The position numbers and the translations under genes are program-made. This document shows, piece by piece, positions 1 to 16,910 of a DNA stretch of 64,000 nucleotides. The notes beneath the pieces are model-generated. The model saw only the letters and a program-made list of their open reading frames with translations, searched no databases and was not told the origin of the DNA. The stretch comes from the human T2T-CHM13v2.0 reference genome, Homo sapiens, in NCBI RefSeq assembly GCF_009914755.1, contig NC_060929.1; one strand, written 5' to 3'. Position 1 is the first letter of the stretch. Each line of letters begins with the position of its first letter.

Positions 1-910
1 AAACTTAACAACTCTAAACATGAAAAATAGGAGTATAATTGATGCAAAACTTGTCTGTGTAAGCAGCATACATCCACTGAAAGCTGCACTGTTAAGGATA
101 AAATTAAAGAGCCTGGGCTGCCACAAAAGGAGAAAAAAGACAAAGAATGAGGCCTGAGATTTTTCCCAAAATAATGAAATACCTCAAACCACAAGTTAAA
201 GAAGCTCAGCAGAAACAAATACCAAACAAACAAACATAAAACCGCACACCTAGATACACCATATTCAAACTGCTGAACTGCCAGAGGAGAAAAGGTGATT
301 GTATAGAGAAGAACGAAGACACAATTTATAGCAGACTTCCATCAGAAATCACACAAGTCAGATGGCAAGAAGTGACATTGTTAAGTTGGCAAAAGGAAAA
401 CAAACCAACCAACCACAACAAAATAAAGCTGTAAAGTGAGAAGCTTATGCCCAGGAAAAATATCTATCAAAAATGAGAAAAAAAATTAAGACTTTTTCAG
501 ATATGCTATAACTGAGACAACTTATTTCAGCAGAATTGTGCTATCAGAAATACTTTTTAAAATTCTTCTGACAGAAGAAACACAATACCAGAGAGGAACT
601 TAGACACAAAAAATTAAGGCATCTGGAAGTGGTTAAAAATGACAATAAACATAAAATACATTTTTACATTGTTAATATCTCTAAAGGATAATTGACTAAA
701 TAAAAAATTGTAGCAACATATAATGTAGAATATGTTTATAGAACCGTAACAATGTTTACAGAATATGTAAACAAAATATACTAAAACAGCACAAAATATA
801 AAGTATATTACTACAATGTTTTTACACTATCAATAAATCAGATGTTATTATTTGAAAATAGACTCTAATTACCTAAAGATTTATATAGTAAATCTTATGA
901 TAACCAATAG

Positions 911-1234
<324 letters not shown>

Positions 1235-1839
1235 TAAAACAGATATAAATAAGAAGCCAATAGTGGAAAAATATAATTTTGTAAAAATCTGATTATTTTA
1301 AAAGCAGACAAAAAGGAAGAAAAAAGAACAATAAACAAATTAAACAAATACAAAGCAACACACAATAAGGATAACTTTAACCAAATGATATAAATAACTA
1401 TATTAAATATAAATAATTAACATATACCAATTGACAGACAGAGATTGTTATATTGGGTAAAAGCAATATCTAGGAGTATGGATCTATGAGAGACCCACTT
1501 TCAACATAAGATATAGATTAAATAATTTTTTTAAAAAATCCTATTATACAAACCCAAATCAAAGGGAAGCAAGAGTGACCATATTAATATCTTACAAACT
1601 AGACTTTAGACCAAGGAATATTTCCAGCATGACTAGGGTTCTACAAGTGGTAAAGGTAAATTCATCAAGAAGATATAAAAATCTTTAATGTACGCACACT
1701 TAAAAAACAACTAACCAAACAAAAAGCTTCAAAATGCAAGGAGCAAAATATGATATCACTGAAAAGAAGAATAGATAAATCTGCAATTGTGGTTGGAAGC
1801 AACAACCCTCTTCTTCCATTAACTGATACAGCAAGTAGC

Positions 1840-1905
1840 AGAAGAAGGAAGAGGAAGATGAAGAGGAGGAAGGAGGAAGCGGAGGAGGAGGAGGAAAAGG
1901 AGGAG
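1840..1905 (+). repeat. (GAG/GAA)-rich simple repeat
   Basis: agaaggaagaggaagatgaagaggaggaaggaggaagcggaggaggaggagg. Confidence 0.85.
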
Positions 1906-2275
1906 ACTCGGACTACAGTATTAACTATCTTGGCTTAATTGATATTTACAGAACACTACATCCCAGGATAGCAGAATACACATGCTTTTCAAATGCACGT
2001 GGTACATTCACTAAGACAGGCCACATTCTGGGCCATAATAATAAAATTTCAGCACAATTAAAATAGTTGAAATGATACAAAAGTATGTTGTTTAGCCATA
2101 ACTGAATTAAACTAGTAATAAATAACAGAAAGATATCTGAAAAATCCCCAAATATATTAAATTTAAAGAACAGACTCTTAAATAATCCCTGTGTCAAAGA
2201 TGAAGTCTTAGGAGATGGAAGCCAGGGCGAAGGGAGGCCCATTGCTGTCCATATCCTCACTGGTTCCAATAAGAA

Positions 2276-2545
2276 TGGTTGCAAACTGTTCATCTGACAA
2301 GGGATTGATACCTAGAGTATACAAGAAATTCAACTCAAAAGCAAAAAAAAAAAAAAAAAATCAAAATGAAACAAATAATCCTATTAAAAAAATAAGTAAA
2401 TTAGCTGAATAGACAGCTCTCAAGAAATGACATACACATGGCCAACAGGTATTTGAAAAAATGCTCCACATCACTCATCATCAGGAAAATGCAAATCTAA
2501 ACCACAATAAAATATCATCTCACTCTAGTTAGAATGGTGATTATA
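2276..2545 (+). mobile_element. L1 ORF2 3' fragment (L1MA/L1PB-like)
   Basis: tcatctgacaagggattgata...aaaaaatgctccacatcactcatcatcaggaaaatgcaaatctaaaccacaat...ctagttagaatgg, homologous to 10516-10745 of the L1PA in this window. Confidence 0.85.
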
Positions 2546-3472
2546 ACATTATAGTAAAGTTAAAAGACATAATTCAACATAGATACAAATAGTGCACACT
2601 CAGAAATCACCTCAGGTAATATAATTATACAGAGTTCAAAACTTAATATAACACAGCTGTCTTAACTGTAGATGTGGATCATTATAGGAATTAATGTAGA
2701 TAAGGTATTTCAATACAAAACTACACCATTTTTTTTTATGTATTAATGCTCAGAATAAAACATTGACTTGGCCATGAAGGTACTTTTTTAGGAAAGTAAG
2801 ATAATTTTAGGCAATATGTAAAATAGGACTAAATTTCAATAAAATGACAAAGAGATAAAATATTTAAAACTGATTTTTTACTTAAATACATACTATCTAT
2901 ATACCTCAGTGTGTTTATTTTAAGAAAAATAAAATTAATTTCATCACTATTTATAAATTGCCTTATTCTTATCAACAGTCTAACGTTTAGGTAAAAAGAA
3001 GAAATAAATTCAAAATCATTTTTATGAGTGTCTTAGTAGAAATTTGGAAAGTTAAGAAAACTGAAAAAGAGGGCCAGATGAAAGTGAAAGACAAAAGACA
3101 GAACATTATGAGCATGGAAAGGCCAACTCTCATGGCATCAGGAGGTCATTAATTATGTGCCATGCTGTGATCTACACAAAAGGCTAAAATGGTGGTGGGT
3201 GTTTATTTTGCTTTGCTCTTTAAAGAACAAATGTGAACCTTCTGGCTTGATAATTCATCACAGTTGAGGATTTAATAGTCATCAAGAGGTGTTATTTGAA
3301 AAACATGAAACTCTTTGTGACTGATGATAATCTTGTCCCTAAACTATGAAGACTTAACTAAGAGTCTAATGTAGAGGGTACCAATCCCAGGCATCCCTAC
3401 TTGCTATTAAAGCAATGACTGAACCATCTCGGCCCCTTGGTTGGCTCAGAGCCTGGGTGGATACTTCCCATT

Positions 3473-3835
3473 TGACACAGGTTTGGCTCTGTGTCCCCAC
3501 CCAAATCTCAGGTCAAATTGTAATTCCCAATATTGTGGGAGAGGCCTGGTGGGAGCTGATTGGATCACGGGGGTTGACTTCCTCTTTGCTGTTCTCATGA
3601 TCATGAGTGAGAGCTCATGAGATCTGGTTGTTTAAGAGAGTGTGGCACTTCTCCCTTCTCTCTCTCTCTCCTGCTCTGCCATGGTAAGATGGGCTTGCTT
3701 CCTCTTAACCTTCTGCCGTGATTGTCAGTTTCCTGAATCCTCCCAGCCGTGCTTTCTGTACAGCCTGTGGAATGGTGAGTCAATTAAACCTCTTTAAGGT
3801 AGTTCTTTATAGCAGTGTGAGAAGGGACTAAGACA
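3473..3835 (+). mobile_element. MSTA-like MaLR solo LTR
   Basis: Starts tgacacaggtttggctctgtgtccccacccaaatctca, ends gcagtgtgagaagggactaagaca. TSD ccatt/ccatc. Confidence 0.9.
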
Positions 3836-4049
3836 CCATCCAATAAGCTTTCTCTGTTCTCTCCATGTCCACTCCCAAGCTGATGACTCTTCCAACTAAG
3901 AAAAAGCAAGAGGTGCTTCAGCATTGTCAATTCCTCAGGAAGGAGCTGGGATGAGAAGCCAGAATCCAACAATGTATTTGACATCTAAGGAAAAGCCTCA
4001 CTACTGTTTTCCTTGGATACAATGAGAGAGACACGTCTAAGGATGGCAA

Positions 4050-4394
4050 TGTATTGGCCCATTTTCACACTGCTGATAAAGATAGACCCTAGACTGGGCA
4101 ATTTACCAAAGAAAGGGATTTTATCGACTTACAGTTCCACGTGGCTGAAGAGATCTCAAGATCATGGCAGAAGGCGAAAAGCATATCTCACATGGCAGCA
4201 GACAAGAGAAGAGAGTTTGTGCAGGAAAATTCCCACTTATAATCACCATCAGATCTTGGGATACTTACTCAGTATCATGAGAACAGCACAGGAAGGACCT
4301 GCCTCCATCATTCAGTTACCTCCCACCGAGTCCCTCCCACAACATGTGGGAATTCAAGATGAGTTTTGGGTGGGGACACAGCTAAACCATATCA
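4050..4394 (-). mobile_element. THE1A/B MaLR solo LTR
   Basis: tgtattggcccattttcacactgctgataaaga...ggggacacagctaaaccatatca. Perfect 5-bp TSD ggcaa. Confidence 0.93.
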
Positions 4395-4874
4395 GGCAAT
4401 ATGAGAAAACCACACTTAAAAATCCTAGCAACTTTGTAATGAGTCTCCAGAATACAAACAAGTCCAATAAAAAGTTGGTGGGGCCAGTGATCTTCTAGTT
4501 TGAAACATCATCCACATACATCAATATTTCTATGTTAAAATGTTTTCTGGAGAAGAGATGGCTTCATAATGCAGATAACATTATTAAATCTGGCATCTCT
4601 GCCACCCTCCTTTCTCCACTGGATGCTCCTCAGGGAGGGATTGTTATATGGTTGTTAGATGAATCAAGAGAATAAGCGTGCCTCTTCTGTGCATCTGAGT
4701 TGGAGCTGCACTGCAGGTGTACACACTGGCACAGAGATGACTGATGGAGGCGCCTCCTCCCAGGGTTCCATCAACCTCCCCAGGGGTTGTGTGCAGGAGG
4801 CTGCAGTGGACATCTGTGCCCACCTCTGATGTTAGAGAGCAGTGTACCTCTTGGGACAGATGGCCCACAATGAT

Positions 4875-5340
4875 GGGAACTCATGAATGAATACCTGGGA
4901 AAATGATTAACCACTTTACTAATCAGAGAAAGCAGATTAAAATCACTCATGCATCAGCTAGTTTGATACATTGTGGGACATACCCTAACTCCCAATGCTA
5001 GGATGCAGTGAAATTGGTCTTCTCATGCACTTGAATTAGCACAGCTCTTTCAGGTGGTGATTTAGAAGAGAATATCAAGAATTAAGCAAAAGTGAATACC
5101 TGCTGACTTACTATACGGTTTTTATACTGAAGAATGAATGTGAATTTCGAACAAATAAAAAATTTTAAATACAAATACATTATTCTCAGTATTTTTATAA
5201 CAATAAAAATTAAAACCAACCATTCTCCAAAGACAGGAAAGTGATCAAGTAATTTATGGTATTTCCATAATATGCAGTTGAAATGAATAGTGCTTTTACA
5301 TTATAGTTATAAGACCATATGGTGAATTTGAAAAAGAAAA
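4875..5340 (+). mobile_element. Highly degenerate L1ME-like 3' fragment
   Basis: Weak similarity to L1 3' motifs (ctaatcagagaaagcagattaaaatcac; gtaatttatggtatttccataa). Confidence 0.45.
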
Positions 5341-5504
5341 AACGGTGAGTTATAGTATGTTCCCAACCATGTAAGCATGCATTTTGAAAAGTAGAAAACT
5401 ACTGCTTAACAATAAAATGAACTAAAATTGTCAACTTAGTCAATGTAATTATGTTTGACGTTAAGAAAGAGGAACAGCCACCCACATATAAAAATGTCAA
5501 TGTG

Positions 5505-5807
<303 letters not shown>

Positions 5808-7228
5808 TCAACGTGTACAATTACTGAGAGAACACACACTTTGAGTTGTTTTTGGTAGTGACATATACCATGACCAATTTTACTCTCTCTTCCCTCTCCT
5901 GTGCATTAAATTTCAATTTTGTTAATTTTTCTTAGTTTAGTTTTACTAAAAATCAGTTTAAACCAGAATTTTGCAATACATTTTAATTTAACAGAATATT
6001 AAAACACATAAACCCATAACTCAAATAGCACCATTTTCATGTTTCGTATTTTCCACAAGTTTATTCAGTCTATTCTGCTGTCACATGTATTTACATAACA
6101 CTAATTAACTCACACATGATTGATAAACAGGGGATGATGATGACAGGAAAAGTTGTGCTGTCTCATGCACTATTACTTAGGGCCTGGAATAGGGAAAGTG
6201 GGATCATAGCCTTTAGTAGGACAACTTGGCTGTTTCTCAGGTAGAAGGCATTTCAGTTTTATACGAAGAAAATTAAAAATGAACGACTGTGTCCAAGGTT
6301 CTTTCCCCAGGGAGGCTGCGTCCAGCCTGAAATATTTAGACCAGAGCAGTTCACACTCCACCAGTGCCCACTATACTGGCCGTCCTGCTGGCTCACATCT
6401 CTGCTGTCAGCTGTGCTGTCTCAGAGCCTGCAGGTCAGCACTCCCATTCCACTGTTTCCGTGTATTTTAAATATGGCCAAAGTAAACCTCCAGCTGCCCT
6501 GAACTGCCATATCATCTCCCCAGGTACTAATTATTGTTTATATTAGTAGCCTATTTTCAGGGTAGCAGAGGTTTTTAGTGGTCTACTAATACACATCTTC
6601 ATACAAATAATCATTTGATTCTATGGAGTATTTTCTTAGGAAAAAAATCCAAAAGCAGGGTTATATGTGAAAGAAATAAACTTTTTATAATTGTATTATC
6701 TATGGCCATGTATATTTACAAAAGGTCTGTCCCCCACACCCCACAGGCCTGTGCTATCTCTAATAATCTTATTTAGGTAAGAGACCAATTACTGGACCCA
6801 CGGAAGAAAGCAAGTTAGCCAGTCCTTACAGAAAAAAACTTGGTCACAGCTATCCTAAAAAACTTTTATCAAACTATTTAAATCAAGTAGTCCAAACACA
6901 ATAGGAAATTATTTTAAACTTTTGATGTCAAAAAATTAAAAACAAAACACCTATTTCAATGTATTACAACCATGATTACACATTTTGCTATTGTAAACCA
7001 ATTTAATACATGTGACTATCATTACCATTGAATTGTGCAGTTATCTATGGTAGTTGCATTGGAAAAATGAAATACAAGTATATTTACTGGGAGTTGCAGC
7101 CATGGCTGGAGAGCAATACTCGTAAACATTGAAATGCTTCCCATATGCTTCACAAAAGCCACATTTCAAGTACTATTATTTATTTCTATATTGATACTAT
7201 AATTACAATGGTGGTGGTGTCCATTAAT

Positions 7229-7236
7229 TGTGTGTT

Positions 7237-7269
<33 letters not shown>

Positions 7270-7370
7270 CAGTAACATACATATCTTAATGTGTATATAT
7301 GTGTACATATATACATATCTCTCTCTCTACATATATGTGTGTGTGTATATATATATCTATATATATATAT
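7229..7370. repeat. Compound (TG)n/(TA)n microsatellite
   Basis: tgtgtgtgtatatatatatata... repeated twice with a short spacer. Confidence 0.9.
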
Positions 7371-7972
7371 CAGTTGCACTTCTAATTCCAAAGATCTGAG
7401 CTGTCTTATTTCCAGCTCCATGTAAACATGCATTTTGGACTCTATCCCAGCAGTCAGAAGCTGTGTTATTGAAATCATTTTACTAGAAATAAGACTGAAA
7501 ATCCCTAAACAATATGCCAACAAGATTTCTGAGTAACACATCTCAAGTTGTTCACAAATTATTAAGTTCTCACATCCAACTGGAGGTTTATTTTCTTCAG
7601 TTTCCTTTTCTGTAATAACCAACTCATAAGTGTGTTTTGAGAATTAAATTATTTGTATTCATTGAGAACAATAAAGTTTCTTTAAGATGGGATGCAATGG
7701 ATTTTCTAATTTATGCCTCAACACAATTACAAATTACTACATATTATAGATTTTCAGAGGTGTTTGAAAACAGTTTATATGGAAATTGTTAAATCCCTAA
7801 ATGCCTAGTGATCTTTATTTAATAAAGCAACATGAGGTCACAATGTTTACTATTAAGTGGTTCAAAGCAGTCCAGCTATGCATCTGAATCAATCAGTAAT
7901 AATTTTTTGACTACTTGTATGTTCAAGGCACAGTGAGTGACACATGTTGAAGACTCAAAGAATAATATTAAT

Positions 7973-8269
7973 GGCCAGGCACGGTGGCTCACGCCTGTAA
8001 TCCCAGCACTTTGGGAGGCCGAGGTGGGCGGATCATGAGGTCAGGAGATCGAGACAATCCTGGCTAACACGGTGAAACCCTGTTTCTACAAAAAGTACAA
8101 AAAATTAGCCGGGCGCGGTGGTGGGCCCCTGTAGTCCCAGCTACTCGGGAGGCTGAGGCAGGAGAATGGCGTGGAGACGGAGACGGAGCTTGCAGTGAGC
8201 CGAGATCGTGCCACTGCACTCCAGCCTGGGCCACAGAGCGAGACTCCGTCTCAAAAAAAAAAAAAAAAA
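7973..8269 (+). mobile_element. AluY
   Basis: gagatcgagac, ggctaacacggtg, agaatggcgtg, gagcttgcag, poly-A. TSD approximately aagaat(t)aatat(t/a)aat. Confidence 0.95.
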
Positions 8270-9117
8270 GAATTAATATAAATGTCTGGCAGTGTGGGGA
8301 GGAAGAGCACATTAACAAATGCTAGTAACAACACACCATAGAAAGGGATGCATATAACCAAACAGCACAACATAGTAAGTGATAAATCTTGCTACAGGAG
8401 TTCAGAGGAGAGTAGAGAAAGCAATTCCAGGAAAAGAAGAGGTTTCAGCTGGCTTTGAATGAAACCCATTTCAGGTTAGCTGAGTGTAAAGAACATCTCT
8501 AGTCCTAGGAAACCACCATGACCGCAGGAACCACAGGTCATATCGGAACAGCATAATGAGGTGGGTGAGAAGAGCAGTTTAGGTGCTCTGTGGATTCCTT
8601 GAAGTGTCAAAGAGGCATAATGATGTGAAAAAAATGTTGAGGGCAGCCTTAAGAAGAAAAGAATTTACTGTAGTATACAGATTGTATTGGATATACCACA
8701 ACTAAATTCAATAAAACCTGTAAGAACAATTCATGATGCCCATAAATATGTATTACAAATGGTTTAACTACAATTATAATTCAATTATTTTAAATAAGAA
8801 AATTTAACAAACAAATCTATGTGAACTACAAAGTACCTACTTATGCTCATTATGTATATCTTTCCAAAGATACTCAATGATTCATACTACATGCAAAGAT
8901 ATGTAGATGATGTTCATAATAGTATTTTAATTAGTGACTTGTCTTTACATACTAAAAACTATTTATTATTGACTTATCATTAAATTACACCCATTAAATG
9001 CAATAATAATTTTTCACATTTTAATTTGATTTTAATAACAAATTTCATTCATTGATATGGACAGCCATTAACACTAAACAAATTATTTTTAGTTAAAATA
9101 TTAATAGGTGATGATAA

Positions 9118-11460
<2,343 letters not shown>

Positions 11461-12518
11461 AAACTGAGTCTGATACAAAGTTTACAGTTATATCTTTGGA
11501 AAGAAAACAGTAGTCAGATATAGGCAGCAAAAGACTACAAATCGTTGAAACAACCAATCCAAACAGGCTTCCTGGAACCTAGTCATTGCAGTCAGTTCAT
11601 ACCAGCTTTGGTTTCTGACCTGACATAGACAGTCCACTTTATCTCTCACCATGCTCAGAGCCCTGTGCTATTTATCTTGGCTTTTCTGTGGGCTTCATGA
11701 ATCTCAGCCATAATCATGGTCATCTCATCCTGAAGTTTTCTCTAGAAGAAATACAAAAGCTTTCTGGAAAGCTCAACTCTGCCTGCAGGAGAAAGCTTTC
11801 CAAGGAAGACAGCCTCAGCTATGTCAAGGGACAAAAAACAGGATACAGGGCACACAATGGGCTTATGTGAGCCTTTCACAAGTCAGAGACATGAAAGCAC
11901 TCACCAGGAGTGGTGAACAGAACAAGCTGTGTCCGTGAGCCAGAGAAGGAAAGAAAAGCATCACTGGTCATTTTATTCAGAGAAGAGCTCACACTTGAGG
12001 TATCCTATCTACTCTATAATACAGGGGATTATAGGAACTTCTGTAGATCCGCTTTCCACAGGTTCCTCTCCATAGCAATCAAGGATAAAAATGAAGATAC
12101 AGTCACTTCTTTGCCCCATTTTCTGTTTCTTTAAGGGAAACCTACCTGTTAAAGAGGATTTTATTGGCAGAATTAGAAAAAATGCAAGAAGGGTCAACAG
12201 CTACTCCTGAGAAACCCACAAGGTGAGAGTATCAAGTCATGTATTTTGTAAATTGTTACATAAAGGTGTCTTATGTGCAACCAAACATTGCTATATCAGC
12301 AAGATTCGACTGAATTCTGAAAGTCAAAAACAGGGGAAAATGCACAAATACCCCAAATGACGCATCTCTGCGCGTATTCAAATTCCGTAAACGTAATGTT
12401 TATTGCTCAGAAAAAAATGGTTTTCTATTTTATTTTTTAAAAAATTTCTGTACTCAATAACAACTGCATCTCACCTGGCAACTAGTAAACCTACATTAAC
12501 ACAGAGAAACAAAATTTT

Positions 12519-12582
12519 CTTTTTTTTTTTTTGAGACAGGGTCTCACTATTTCCCTCAGGCTGAAGTGCAGTGGTGTGATTT
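12519..12582 (-). mobile_element. Short Alu 3'-end fragment (J-like)
   Basis: Poly-T followed by gagacagggtctcact...caggctgaagtgcagtggtgtgat. Confidence 0.8.
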
Positions 12583-13259
12583 CCAAAGAGATGTTACCTT
12601 CCATATGTACAATTTACCATCATATTTTCTATCCTATTTATTCTATTATGTTATATTAAATTTTAAATGTTTCTTCCAACTCATTACATTAACTATTGAT
12701 TATGAATGTCAACTCTTTTTCTGAAAATTACTGCATTAAAATATCTCTGCAATATAGAAATAATTTAGTTGAACTCTGTCATGTATGGATAAGACTTTAT
12801 AAGTAACCTACCATTCTGGGTCACTCTTCAGGATCTGAACCTGCATCCACAGAATTTGGAGAGCATTCCCACAGCTCCCGTGGGGTAGCCAAGATGGTTG
12901 GACTTCAAGACTGGCTACAAGAGTCTGCTTTCACTTTCTCTTGTTTATTTTGTGTTACTATTTGCTTCAATTACATAATAGCTGGGTAGAATCAAAAAGT
13001 GTTTTTATATGTGCTTTTGTGTTTAAATGTGTGGGTGAGTGTGTGCACGGGAGTGATTGACCAAATTTAGGGGGAGAGGTGCTTTTGGAAGTGACAGTAC
13101 AGGCTTTTTCCATAATATGTTGCAAATACATTTTCTTTATTTTCATGCAGCAAACCTAGCTTAAGTGTCAGGAACTTTATGAATCCTTGTAAATCCCTGG
13201 GAGCATACCTAAACAATTTGTATTCATAATTCAGTACATTTTTTCATTAAAAAACTAAA

Positions 13260-13775
13260 TTGTACAATACCAAAGACATGATCCATGAAACGAAATAATC
13301 AATGAGCTGGACTTCATTAAAAGTAACATGTCCACTCTGCCAAAACAAAAACAAAAACAAAAACAAACAAAACAAAAACACTGTCTAGGAAATGAGTTAC
13401 AAGGCACAGACTTATGGAGATAATATTTGCAAAAGACACATTAATAAAGGACTGCTAATGAAAATATACAAAGAACATTTAAAATTCCACAATAAGAGAA
13501 TAAACAACCTGATTAAAAAATGAACTGAACAGATACCTCACCAAAGAAAATATACAGATAGTAAATTAACATATGAAAAAGTGCTTGACCTTATATGTCA
13601 CAAAGGAATTGTAAGTTAAAGCAATAAAATACCACTATGCACCTATTAGAGTGGCCAAAATCCAAAGCACTGACAACACCAAAAATGAGAATATGTAGTA
13701 ACAGAAATGCTCATCCTTTTCTGGTGGAAATGCAAAATGGTGCAGCCATTGGAAGACAGTTTGGTGATTTTAAAA
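13260..13775 (+). mobile_element. L1MB/L1MC ORF2 3' fragment
   Basis: gctggacttcattaaaagt, atatttgcaaaagacaca, ctgaacagatacctcaccaaagaaaatatacagat, aatgcaaaatggtgcagccattggaagacagtttgg. Confidence 0.85.
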
Positions 13776-14030
13776 AAATGTGTAAATTTAAGGGGTACAA
13801 GTGCAATTTCCTTAGATGTGTCTATTGTGTAGTGGTGAAGTCTTAGATTTTACTATATCAATCTTTCAAATAATGCAGATTTTACTCATTGAGTAATTTC
13901 TGATCAGCCTTCCCATTTTGTTCCCCCACACTTCTTAGTCTTTAATGACTGTCTTTCCACAGTCTGTGTCCATGAGTACATATTACTTAGCTCCCACTTA
14001 TAAGTGAGAACATCTGGTATTTGACTCATC
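13776..14030 (-). mobile_element. L1PB-like 3' end fragment
   Basis: aaatttaaggggtacaagtgcaattt...ttagctcccacttataagtgagaacatctggtatttgact. Confidence 0.8.
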
Positions 14031-14994
14031 TGGTGTATGTTTCCTCTAGGCTTCAAAACAAAATGCATAGGGTGGGGCTTTTAAACATTCACATTCAGTA
14101 TATACAAAATTCATTGATTTATTTTTACCTATTCTCTTGCTTTTCTAATACCTTAAAGAAACATTTGTACTTTTTCTTAATTGTGCAGAAGTTATACCTG
14201 CATATGAAATAAGTGGCCCCGTTGACAATGGTTACCTATGGCAAGGCATAGAAGTTCACTGTGGATGTTGAGGCTACTAACCCAGAAAGCTAAACTGCTT
14301 TATTTCAAATTGTGTAGAGCCTGGAGAGGTATTATTTTTGTTTCTATTTGACTCCTCACTGGTGTATCTGAGATACATTTCTGGTGTTTGTCTCATCAAC
14401 GCAGAGTCACTGCAGAGTAAAAGGAAAGGTTTCGTATTTGTATCTGTTACAGTTCCAAGATTATCAGGGAGGTAATGATGAAACACCCTCTTCCACGCAC
14501 TGGGCAACTCATCACCATAGCAACAGATCATTATATAAAGTTCGTCAATTCAGCTGGTCGTTATCCCAAAGCAGCAGACAGCTAATATGTTAAGGAAAGT
14601 TCTTTCTCTTAACTTGTAAATGAGCAACTGAATTAAATTGGTCTTGGCACTGGGAGTTCAGCATTACCTTTATATAGCAAAGAGGAATTCAAAGAAGAAA
14701 ACAGGTCTTTTGGCTAGCATATGCTTGAAAAGGAGATTTTAATTAGCTCAATTATCAGTTTTGACTAAGGCTTGTATTTCCCCAAAAATTATGTTAACCA
14801 TTTCAAACATTATTTGGCATAAATTACATGCAGCATTCTTTCATCTTAAGGCATTATTTCAAACCACATTCCCCTATGCCACACCTTTGACATGTAAGTT
14901 CCAGAAAATCAGGTGCTGGGTAACCTAGAATGCCTTATTCACTGTGACCTTGCTGGCTTCCAGAACAGAGTCAGGCACACAGTAGGTTCTTAAG

Positions 14995-15228
14995 CAGAGC
15001 ACCTGGTACAATGTGTGGACCCTGGGACCCAACAGCCCAAGTTAGACTCCTGGCTTCCACACTTACAGGCTGTGTGGCCAAGAGCAGTTCATTGACATCT
15101 CTGTGTCTCCTTCTCCCCAGTGCCCAGTTCACAGGGTTGGGGGCCACTAAGTGAGTTTATCTGTGTGTTTGCTTGGGTGGTGCCTAGCACACAGAACACA
15201 TTGCATAAGAATTTTCTATTATTATTTT
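14995..15228 (+). mobile_element. MIR (preceded by an L2 tail at about 14920-14995)
   Basis: cctggcttccacacttacaggctgtgtggcc...catctctgtgtctc...gtgcctagcacacag...ctattattatt. Confidence 0.7.
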
Positions 15229-15959
15229 ACTGCTACTGTTTAGCATGCAGATGGTAAGTCCTATTCAAGTTTTGTCTAAAATCAACAAGCTCCCTGCTTC
15301 TATGAATAGTCAACACACATAAACCAGGAGGGGAAATGATATCTCTTTTACAGAGGCTCCTACTGCCTTACTGAAACACAAAGCAAAATACTCCTTTAAG
15401 TACTCAAAATCATAAGTTGATAGCATAAAAGACATTTGCCACTACATTTCCTGTGAATGGAAACCCAATTGTATTTAAAACAAGAGTGCAATCAATAGAG
15501 TCCTCTGGGTATCCTTTCTAAAAGCTCTTCCAGCCCCATAGCTTAAAATGTAACTTCAGCCAGACTGAAAATCATTCTGTTAAGGAGGCAATTCAAGGTT
15601 CTGAAGGGAAATTACTTGCCTTAGATTTATTGTATCTAAATTACAAAGCAACCACCCAGTTGGTAACATTGGCAGCCCTGCTCTGACAGTCACCAGGCAG
15701 GCATCCAGAGTCTAAATTACCCTCTCACCCCCAGCAGTGAAATTTATACTGCATCTGGTCCCATTAGCGTGCGTTGGGATGGTTGAGAAAAATCTATGCA
15801 AAGCACTTTTACACATCATTAATGTGAAAGAAAAAAGAGAACTGTGTACTCTATGGAATAAGAAAGTTAATTTGTCATTTTCGGAGTTGCTGTATTATAC
15901 CAATTGTAAACTTGGAATGATGACATTCCAAGCTATTTGGTAGCTAGAGTTTTCTCCCG

Positions 15960-16620
15960 CTTTCTTCAGACATGATCTTGCCCGTTTCTACGGCTTCAGA
16001 GACAACCTGAGGCTCCTATTACTGATCCAAACCTTCTCAGGTTTCATAGAAGGATTTCCAGCTGACTCTTAGACCTACCACATGCAATTGGAACTCAGTG
16101 TATCCAAAATGGAGATCAATATCTCCCTTTGGACCAAATCTGTCCATGCATCTAAAATTCTGAATTCATTTGCTAGGATGAAATATTCAATCTGACTATC
16201 CTATCTTTCAGTTTCATCTGCTGTCTCTTCACCCACAACTGCAGGTCATTTCAATGTCTCCCCCTTTCCAGAACACCCCAAGACTTTCTAGAGCTGCATG
16301 CTTTGCATGTTCTGTGCTCTCTCTGCCAGGCAGCCATCTCCCCATCCCCCAAGAGCCAGCTCCCAGGCCTCTGATTTGGGTGGAGGGGGAACCTTTTCTC
16401 ACCTCCCAGGCCAGCTCAGTGCTCCCAAAGTCCGTGTGCTCACGGAAGGTATTCTTCCTTCAATTAAGATACTGTATTGGGTCAATCGCAGGCTAAATGT
16501 CTGTCTTTTGTGTGATGTAAGCTTTTCTTTGCATGACTTGCTGAGTCGAATCGTCATCCATGACACCTTCATACTCTATGGACACACTAGGCTATTGATC
16601 AAGCCTTAATGAATGAACAC
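15960..16620 (+). mobile_element. Degenerate L2 fragments
   Basis: aactcagtgtatccaaaatggagatcaatatctcc; ends in aatgaatgaa, the typical L2 tail. Confidence 0.55.
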
Positions 16621-16910
16621 ATAAGGATTTCACAAGTGTAGAGTCATGCCTGGGAAGTCAATCTTTGCGCTCAGGGTTGAAATTTATCTTTCAATTTTCC
16701 TGGTTATCACCAAGGAACAGCAGAATAATCATGTTTAAAAATTCTATTGTGTATAGGTGTCCAGAGCAGACAGGTGACCCCTAACTTTCTATGCACCTCT
16801 CTTGCTGCCCACTCCACTGAAAGCTGCCCAAGAGGTGAGAAGCTGAAGTGAGGTGGGGTGGGGCAGGGATCTGAAAGGAAGGCGTGACAGGAGGAGAGCC
16901 CTAAATACAG

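Noticed and set aside
4013-4498. 161-aa ORF
   Set aside because: It runs through a THE1 LTR.
6920-7230. Possible old DNA-transposon remnant before the microsatellite
   Set aside because: I could not identify terminal repeats or a family with any confidence.
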